Shown piece by piece: positions 57,832 through 64,000 of a stretch of DNA of 64,000 bases. Every line of letters starts with the position of its first letter. Position 1 is the stretch's first letter. A program made the position numbers and the translations under genes. The notes below the pieces were generated by a model that was given only the letters and a program-made list of their open reading frames with translations, ran no database searches and had not been told where the DNA came from. This DNA is from a virus, in the IMG/VR virus record IMGVR_UViG_2802429014_000001, one strand, 5' to 3'.

Positions 57832-59219
57832 GTGGAGAAGAGTAGCACGAAAGCCCCTGAGGCACCACGGTTCCAAAGCCTGTTCGCGAATCCGATCTTT
57901 GAGCAGGACCACGAACACCTGGCCCTCAATGCGAGCGGCGACCAGATCGAGAAGGTGGCACGGATTCTCGACCAGCAACTCCCTGTAGCCGCCGAAGATC
58001 ACCGGTTGGCCCGAGCAGCCGTCGCCCGATCCCTTGTCGCCGCACACAAGCGCGGGCATCGAACGCGATACTCCCGCTCAAAGACTTGGTATGACGGTCG
58101 TCCTGACCGCTACAAGAGTGCACCAGGCCTGGAATCCCACTGGCAGATCACCCGTTCCATGGATGCGTTGGAGCGCTGGGGATTCTCCGATCAAGTCCGG
58201 GGATATCACCGGCTCAACGGTTCAGGACGACAGACAACAGCCTGGCCTACACCGAAACTGCTTGCGCTGATCGAACATCTGATACCCGCAGGGGAACCGG
58301 CTCACCCTGAGATCTCGGAGGCCATCGTTCTACGGACCGCCAACAGGGACGAAGTGGACTACGAGGACACCGCCGACACTCGCCGCATGCGCAACCAGCT
58401 GGCACGAATCAACCAGGCCACCAAGGAACTCGACATTGTTGACGCAGAAGGTAATCGCGTCAGCGTCCCGCCGTACCGGAGGATTTTCAACAGGAGCTTC
58501 GACCGAGGCGGACGACTCTACGCAGCAGGCCCGAGCTACCAGAACGCCCCCAGGCATACCGTAGGACCCTCAAAATCTGGTTCCGGGGCCAATACGAGGA
58601 GCTGGTCGAGGTTGATTTCGCCAACCTGCACCTGGTGATGGCGTACGAAGAAGTGGGAGCGCCGATTCCGTCAGGGGACCTCTACCGCATCAAAGGCTTT
58701 GGCCGCACCCTGGTCAAGATCGCGGCCAACATCGCGATGAACGCGGAGACGCCGACACGGGCGTTGAGGGCGATCTCCCAGGCCATGTGCGAGGAGCGGT
58801 GTATCCAGTATCGGGAAGCCGGTGACACGCTGACCCTGGCCCGGTGGCTACGTAAGCATCTGATCGCCCTAGCGCTCACCCCAGGCGCCGAAGAGGCTTA
58901 CGTGGACATCAAGGCTGCCCTGGACGAATGTCGCCGCCAGATCGACCTACCGGACGACGACATCGTGATTGACCCAGCTCGTGTGCGAGCGGCCAATAGG
59001 TCCGTGATAACCCTGAGTACCATCACCCAGATCGCCAACCGCATTGGGCCACTCGGCAAGGGGCTCAACCGTGACCGGCTGCGGTACTTGACCAAGACCG
59101 GCAAGGTCCGGCCCTGCGGTGAAGACCCCGACACCGGAACGCAGTTCTTCCGCCTGGGCGATGTCCTGCACGGACACAACGACCGGACGAAGCGCAAGCG
59201 CTCGGGTGGGGCTAGCTAG
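57832..59219 (+). pseudogene. single ~462-aa gene split by a -1 frameshift in a C5 run (58547-58551); C-terminal MerR/excisionase-like HTH
   Basis: Frame 1 (...RGGRLYAAGPSYQNAP) and frame 0 (QAYRRTLKIWFRGQYEELVEVDFANLHLVMAYEE...) are both protein-like across the junction. Adding a sixth C fuses them. The frame-1 tail (RHTVGPSKSGSGANTRSW) is junk. Confidence 0.5.
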
Positions 59220-60321
59220 GTCGGCTGGGTAGCTTTGCGGCTATGTCCTTGAGCAGGTTGACGAGATCAGGTGGGAGTGGGGAAACGTGTTCGGTCTTGC
59301 CCTCATCTCCGAATATCGGCTTGGTGAACACCCCGTGACTCAGCTCCAGTATCAACTTCTCGCGCATTCCGGTATCCGAAATCTGTTTTGCGAACGCCGG
59401 AATTGAGTCGATGAGTACGGACGATGCTTCTGCCCAACGGCCAAGAATCTGATGGTATTTCGCGATCCGAGCGGTGTAGGATGCCAGACCGACCAGAGGG
59501 AGAACCAAGACGAGGTGAACCAGCGTCTCGGGAAGGGCTGAGTTTCTGCTCCAATACAGCACTCCAATACCCGTGAGCACTATCGCAAATATCGATCCGA
59601 TTGTCATGCGGGTCCAAAAGTCGCTGTCCTTGGCTGCCTTCGCCGCGACCTTCGAGAAGTGGTCTCCTATCGTCGTCGCGCCTGTCTGACCGGCAGCGGC
59701 CAACGCAGCATCGCGAGCCTCCAGCGTGGCCTGCTTGGCTTGTTCGGTGACATTGAGAGCGTCGATGGCTTCAAGATTCCGGGCATAGGCCCTTCCCAGT
59801 TTGCCCAAGTTAACTTGCCATCGGTGCAAGGCTGCTTGCTCGGAGTCGGTTCTGAGTAGCTTGTCAGTCGTAGTTGGAGGGTAGAGAAGCTCGTCTCTAG
59901 CTCCGACAAGCCAATTCTCCAAGAAATCAGTAAGGCTTTCCACTGGAGGCGGGTTACTATCGGCTGACCGTGAGACGAAGTGGGCGAGAAACTGGCCTAG
60001 TTCGTTAAGACGTCCAGTCGAGAGGTACTCCACCAGGTACAGTGTGCGGACTCTGTCTCCATCGAAAATGTCTTGGCCCTCGTAGAAGAGGATATCGTAG
60101 AGCCCTTGCACGGCAAGCTGAATCGCCTGTAGCTGGCGCGGATCAAATCTATCCAACAGAGGCCTGAAGACGCGAACACTGGTCTCGTTAGGCTGAGTTA
60201 GTTCGGTGAAAAGTCGGTTAGTTTGCTGCAACGTGGCGTGGAGCTCTAGCCGACTCTGCCCGAGTTCGCCTTGAGTCTGCCACGGGTATTGCTGTCCGCT
60301 GCCGTCTGAACGATCTTGCAC
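59212..60321 (-). CDS. membrane-anchored protein (two C-proximal TM helices), convergent with the frameshifted gene
   Basis: MTIGSIFAIVLTGIGVLYW and LVHLVLVLPLVGLASY. Confidence 0.4.
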   Translation of the reverse strand: MQDRSDGSGQQYPWQTQGELGQSRLELHATLQQTNRLFTELTQPNETSVRVFRPLLDRFDPRQLQAIQLAVQGLYDILFYEGQDIFDGDRVRTLYLVEYLSTGRLNELGQFLAHFVSRSADSNPPPVESLTDFLENWLVGARDELLYPPTTTDKLLRTDSEQAALHRWQVNLGKLGRAYARNLEAIDALNVTEQAKQATLEARDAALAAAGQTGATTIGDHFSKVAAKAAKDSDFWTRMTIGSIFAIVLTGIGVLYWSRNSALPETLVHLVLVLPLVGLASYTARIAKYHQILGRWAEASSVLIDSIPAFAKQISDTGMREKLILELSHGVFTKPIFGDEGKTEHVSPLPPDLVNLLKDIAAKLPSRPS

Positions 60322-61212
60322 ACTCGGACCCTATGTGGCGCGGGCCGTTATGGAAGGGCAAATATGGCAGATCGGGCGCAGATTCCGATACCTCTGCGAT
60401 GCGCGCTGGGCGCAGATGTGCTTCTGCCGAACAAACCCCTGACCATCCGCACGCGGTCGGGGGTTCCGTTGTTGTCGGACCTCCGGCGTAGAACCAACAC
60501 ATGGCGCGACCCCCGCGTGACAAGTTCCCCAACGCCTACGTGGGGGACCTTGTGCCAAACGATCGTGGATGGACAAGAGTCAGCCCCCTGTATTGCCCCA
60601 ACCGGCATTCCATTGATGAATCCGGCTGGACTCAACGCTGCCGTCCTTGCGCGTGCGACCGGAACCACCACATCTTCACATGTCACTGTGGCGCAAGCAT
60701 CTACGCTCCGAAGCTCAGGCCAGGCTGCCGAATCCTCAACGGTCCCGAATCTCTCCACGAAGCCGATCAGCGTTGATGCTAGTTTTTCCCATACCCCCGT
60801 GATACGCTTCGCTCGGCGGACTAGTCCGCCCCAATAACCCCAGCCCCGAGCCGAATACGGTCCGGGGTATTTCTTTGCCCAGAATCCATACTCTCGCTCG
60901 TATTCACCAAAATCCTTGGTAGAGACATGTTTCAGCGTTAGCGACCTTGAAAGCCGCAGGGTACAAATCATTCCAGAACACCTCGGAGTCCAACTCGCCC
61001 TCTTCACCGAAGATGAGCTGCTGAATGGAGGCCCGATGATGACCAACACCACCAGGGCCCCTAATCATCCGATCGCCAGGTTGTGGTTGCGCCGATGCAG
61101 GGCCATCGAACGCGGAGATATGGACAGCGCTCAGTCGTTCATGAACGCCATCGACAGCCTGCTTGATGCCCAGCTGCACAAGGAGAATCAACGATGAGCG
61201 TCTCGGGAGCGC

Positions 61213-61629
61213 CTAACCGGAATTCAGGGCCTGCATGCTCAGGCCCGTCATTTTGAGCATTAGGTCCATCGCTTGGGCGAACTCATTGTCACCGGAACCT
61301 GCCGACTGCGTAGTCGTTGACGGCTTGGGTGGCTCCGGTGTGATCGTGCATTCCGTGATCTTGAGTTCTCCCACTGAGAATCCCGGTCCAACGTGTTGAC
61401 ACCACAGTTGTCTGTGTTTCGTGCATTCCGGGCAGTACTGCACGAAGTGCTTTTTGATGTCTCCGGGATCACCCCACACTGTGTAGACCGTGCGCTTGTC
61501 CAGCATCCGGACCGACACCTTCATGTTGGTCCTGTCCTTTCGCAGACTGTTCATCGTGCCCTGCGCGTCGTTCATGGCCTGCTGAGGACCAGTTAGCAAC
61601 ACCATCGCAATATGACTCATGTCGGGCAT
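61213..61629 (-). CDS. Cys-rich small protein, paralog A
   Basis: Start placed at MPDMSH with GGGTGG SD-like sequence upstream. CPEC...C motif. C-terminal ITECTITPEPPKP parallels paralog B. Confidence 0.35.
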   Translation of the reverse strand: MPDMSHIAMVLLTGPQQAMNDAQGTMNSLRKDRTNMKVSVRMLDKRTVYTVWGDPGDIKKHFVQYCPECTKHRQLWCQHVGPGFSVGELKITECTITPEPPKPSTTTQSAGSGDNEFAQAMDLMLKMTGLSMQALNSG

Positions 61630-61668
61630 CTTCCCACCACCCTCTGACAGTCCACGGAAGTCCGCTCG

Positions 61669-61698
61669 TGAGTAAGGCGTGGGCAGGTGGATCGACCA
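61669..61698 (+). repeat. 30-bp repeat copy 1 (29/30 match with 62227..62256), a stub of the HNH 5' end
   Basis: GTGAGTAAGGCGTGGGCAGGTGGATCGACCA reads V S K A W A G G S T, then stops after ~35 codons. Confidence 0.5.
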
Positions 61699-61725
61699 CA
61701 CCTCAACAGCGACAGGGCGCAGTTG

Positions 61726-62178
61726 TCACGACGGAGGGAACTCCGGGAACGACATTGAGGCGAACTTCATGAACAGGTCCATCGCCCGGTCGAAGTCATC
61801 CTGTTGCGGAACCATCACATAGGTCGGCTGTTGTTGCTGCCTAGCGGGTTTGGGTGGTGCCGGCATGATCGAACAGTGCGTGATCTTGAGGCCGTCAAGA
61901 ATCGACTCCGGGATGCTCAACGTGCTGCCCGGACCGAGATGTCCACAGTAAGGACCCTGGTAGCAACACGTACGGCACAGCGACGCCAGTCTCCGATCGA
62001 GCACGTCTTCTGTACCGATCAGAGTGAAGATCGAGCGGTGCTCCGAACCACGGGCAGCGACCTCCAAGCCTTCCCAATTTGTCGACAGTGCACTCACGAT
62101 TCCTGACGTGAAACAAAACGTCCGCCCGCCAACGGTAGACAACACGACCATTGCTTGTTGATCACTCATAACTGCCAT
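61726..62178 (-). CDS. Cys-rich small protein, paralog B
   Basis: Start placed at MAVMSD with GGGCGG upstream. CRTCC...C. C-terminal ITHCSIMPAPPKP. Confidence 0.35.
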   Translation of the reverse strand: MAVMSDQQAMVVLSTVGGRTFCFTSGIVSALSTNWEGLEVAARGSEHRSIFTLIGTEDVLDRRLASLCRTCCYQGPYCGHLGPGSTLSIPESILDGLKITHCSIMPAPPKPARQQQQPTYVMVPQQDDFDRAMDLFMKFASMSFPEFPPS

Positions 62179-62225
62179 CGTCGCACCGCCCTGTGACAGC
62201 CCAGACGGCCAACGGAGGTCTGCGT

Positions 62226-62510
62226 ATGAGTAAGGCATGGGCAGGTGGATCGACCAGCCAGTCCCGAAAGTTCCGGGCCGACATCCTGGACCGAGACCAA
62301 CACCTCTGCCGACTCCGCTACGAACACTGCACCACCGCTGCCACCGAGGTCCATCACCTTGACGGCAAGGCCAACGGCGATGACCCCAACAGAGCAATGG
62401 CCGTCTGCCGTCGATGCCACTCCCGAGAGTCAGGGCAACAGACCATCCAAGCCGTTGCCCAATTCCCAAGGGCCAAGCGCACTCCTGAGCGTCATCCTGG
62501 GCTGCTCTGA
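62226..62510 (+). CDS. HNH endonuclease
   Basis: DRDQHLCRLRYEHCTTAATEVHHLDGKANGDDPNRAMAVCRRCH. The start at 62226 is supported by the GTG at the equivalent position of the stub copy. Confidence 0.5.
   Translation: MSKAWAGGSTSQSRKFRADILDRDQHLCRLRYEHCTTAATEVHHLDGKANGDDPNRAMAVCRRCHSRESGQQTIQAVAQFPRAKRTPERHPGLL
62227..62256 (+). repeat. 30-bp repeat copy 2, the start of the intact HNH gene
   Basis: ATGAGTAAGGCATGGGCAGGTGGATCGACCA reads M S K A W A G G S T. Confidence 0.5.
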
Positions 62511-62830
62511 CCTGGCAGGCGTACCAACATTCCATCCTCCGAAGGATCGAATTCCGAACACTTTCAGCCGCCACGCAACTGCCCATACAGTGAGCCCTAC
62601 ACAGTTCAATCGGCGCAACGCAGTTCAGGGTCTACTGTTCGCGACGAGTCTGCTTCTCTTCTTCGACGAGCAGGCATCGACACTCGCAGCCCAATGACCG
62701 AAGCGCGGCATTCATCGCACGGTGCTGGTGGTGAGGGCTGATCACCGGATTTTGTTTGTGCCCAAGCAGTTCGGCCCCACAATCCGCGCGTAGGTCGCAC
62801 TAACTCTCCCTGCCCTCGCACTAGCAGAGC

Positions 62831-63085
62831 TTGCGGGCAATGACTCCATCTGTCCGAACAAATCGAAAGGACTACTCCACGATGCCCAATGACAATGTGC
62901 GCCTGACTATTCACGCCGCTGCACTGCTGACCTTCATCATCGCAGTGATAGTGCTTGTCGCCCTCGATAAGCTCCAAAGTGGTGATGGCCTGACATGGAT
63001 CGTCACCGGCACCGGTCTGATCACCGCTGGGCTGTCCACCACCAAACTCATTGCCGACCGCCGCAGCACCACGGATACGCAGTGA
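62831..63085 (+). CDS. small membrane protein
   Basis: Two TM helices (LLTFIIAVIVLVAL, WIVTGTGLITAGL). Confidence 0.35.
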   Translation: MRAMTPSVRTNRKDYSTMPNDNVRLTIHAAALLTFIIAVIVLVALDKLQSGDGLTWIVTGTGLITAGLSTTKLIADRRSTTDTQ

Positions 63086-63381
63086 GGTGGTTCTTAGACC
63101 CGGCTGTGTGGAACGGCATCGGCGTCATGTCGCTTCTGATCATGTTCCAGGTGGCGCAGTTGCGCGGCTGGAGCGTGCTGGGTCGGACTCATCGCGCTGA
63201 AATCGCGCAGATGGAACAAACCCATACCGCCGTGCTGAGCCGCATGGACGCCCGCGCCGCCAACGATGCGCGGACCATCGCGTTCCTGCTGCGCGAGAAG
63301 GACCCCAGCCCGGCCGAAGAACTGATACCGATCATCACCTCACTACGCGATGCGGCCACCATGGCAGCAGGTGATAACTGA
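63082..63381 (+). CDS. small protein (GTG start overlapping the upstream stop)
   Basis: GTGA overlap. Sequence VRWFLDPAVWNGIGVMSLLIMFQV.... Confidence 0.3.
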   Translation: MRWFLDPAVWNGIGVMSLLIMFQVAQLRGWSVLGRTHRAEIAQMEQTHTAVLSRMDARAANDARTIAFLLREKDPSPAEELIPIITSLRDAATMAAGDN

Positions 63382-63596
63382 TGTGGCTATGGAAGCGCCG
63401 GGACTCTGCTGACGCCGATGACCGCACGCTCGCTATCAATGATGCTGACCGCAAACTCGCCGAATCGCAGGCCCGCAGCCAAGCCGCTACCGAGGCCATC
63501 GAGCGTGCTCGACGCGCCCAGTTGGTACTGCGCAATGAAGTCACCAAGAACGGATGGACTGAATTGTTCCTGGCCTCCATGCAGAGGGGTAGCTGA
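63381..63596 (+). CDS. small coiled-coil protein
   Basis: TGATG overlap; 71 aa. Confidence 0.3.
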   Translation: MWLWKRRDSADADDRTLAINDADRKLAESQARSQAATEAIERARRAQLVLRNEVTKNGWTELFLASMQRGS

Positions 63597-64000
63597 TGCG
63601 CTGGGTATACCTGACCGGACTGTTGACCATCCTCGGGGTGTTCGTCTCCGATGTTTGGTTCACGATCGACTACCGGCTCGGCGCCAACCTCTCCCTTATC
63701 TTCGAGGCGGTATTCGTCACCGCGTTCACCGTCCTCTACGGGCTGCGTTCGCGGCCATGGACGAACCGGATCGGCAGAGTCTTCTTCGTCAAGAGCGTGG
63801 CACTGGCACTCGTGCTGTGGCAGATCGTTCTGGCCTCATGGTGGGACACCGAATTCCCACTGCGCCAACAAATCCGCTACCTCATCTACACACTTGGTGC
63901 CATCGTCTACATCCCGATGCTGATCAGCCTATGGAGCGAACAACAGCGTGATCGGGCACAGTCGGAAACCACAAGAGAAGACCCGAGCGAGCACGAGTAG
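63596..64000 (+). CDS. multi-TM membrane protein
   Basis: Four hydrophobic segments. Stop at the window end. Confidence 0.4.
   Translation: MRWVYLTGLLTILGVFVSDVWFTIDYRLGANLSLIFEAVFVTAFTVLYGLRSRPWTNRIGRVFFVKSVALALVLWQIVLASWWDTEFPLRQQIRYLIYTLGAIVYIPMLISLWSEQQRDRAQSETTREDPSEHE

Noticed and set aside
57363-57845. 160-aa ORF after the HNH gene
   Set aside because: Only the first ~60 codons look coding (Zn-ribbon-like). The remainder runs through a 43% GC intergenic block with an A-rich run, so the long ORF is probably read-through of non-coding DNA. A shorter real gene is not excluded.
58635-59219. Treating 57832..58638 and 58635..59219 as two translationally coupled genes
   Set aside because: The other reading frame is clearly coding for ~90 nt upstream of the second start, and the first ORF's last 28 residues are junk. 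A single C in a C5 run restores one continuous ORF.
60348-61052. 234-aa minus ORF
   Set aside because: It overlaps two plus-strand ORFs in a low-GC block. Only its first ~90 codons look protein-like, so it was left uncalled.

Overview
High-GC (~65%) actinobacterial DNA. Most of the window is one lambda-like siphovirus prophage lying on the minus strand from about 1.4 kb to 51.4 kb. Its lysis cassette (lysin A, lysin B, holin) sits at the left; lysin B implies a host with a mycolic-acid outer membrane (Mycobacterium-like). Tail, tape-measure, G-T chaperone, capsid, portal and terminase genes run up to about 26.4 kb. A 19-kb early region follows (HNH, endonuclease VII, P-loop NTPase, phosphatase, Prim-Pol, RtcB, SPFH, RecB-like nuclease), then a divergent repressor switch at about 46.4-47.7 kb. 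An ImmA-like peptidase, small unknown genes and a tyrosine integrase (49851..51179) close the prophage. Positions 1..1381 hold two plus-strand genes, a 5'-truncated zinc metalloprotease and a lipoprotein, that may be prophage cargo or host flank. At 51.2-51.5 kb a tRNA/tmRNA 3'-end fragment, flanked by short direct repeats, marks an attachment junction. Immediately after it is a second, decaying integrative element: a frameshifted integrase, an excisionase, and a lower-GC cargo island (53-63 kb). The island carries nuclease-like and membrane proteins, two more homopolymer-frameshifted genes, HNH endonucleases and a duplicated gene module. The most interesting candidates for undescribed biology are the repressor-to-integrase cassette (46.8-49.8 kb) and the cargo island (53-57.4 kb). 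All functional calls come from motifs read directly in the translations; no database search was possible.
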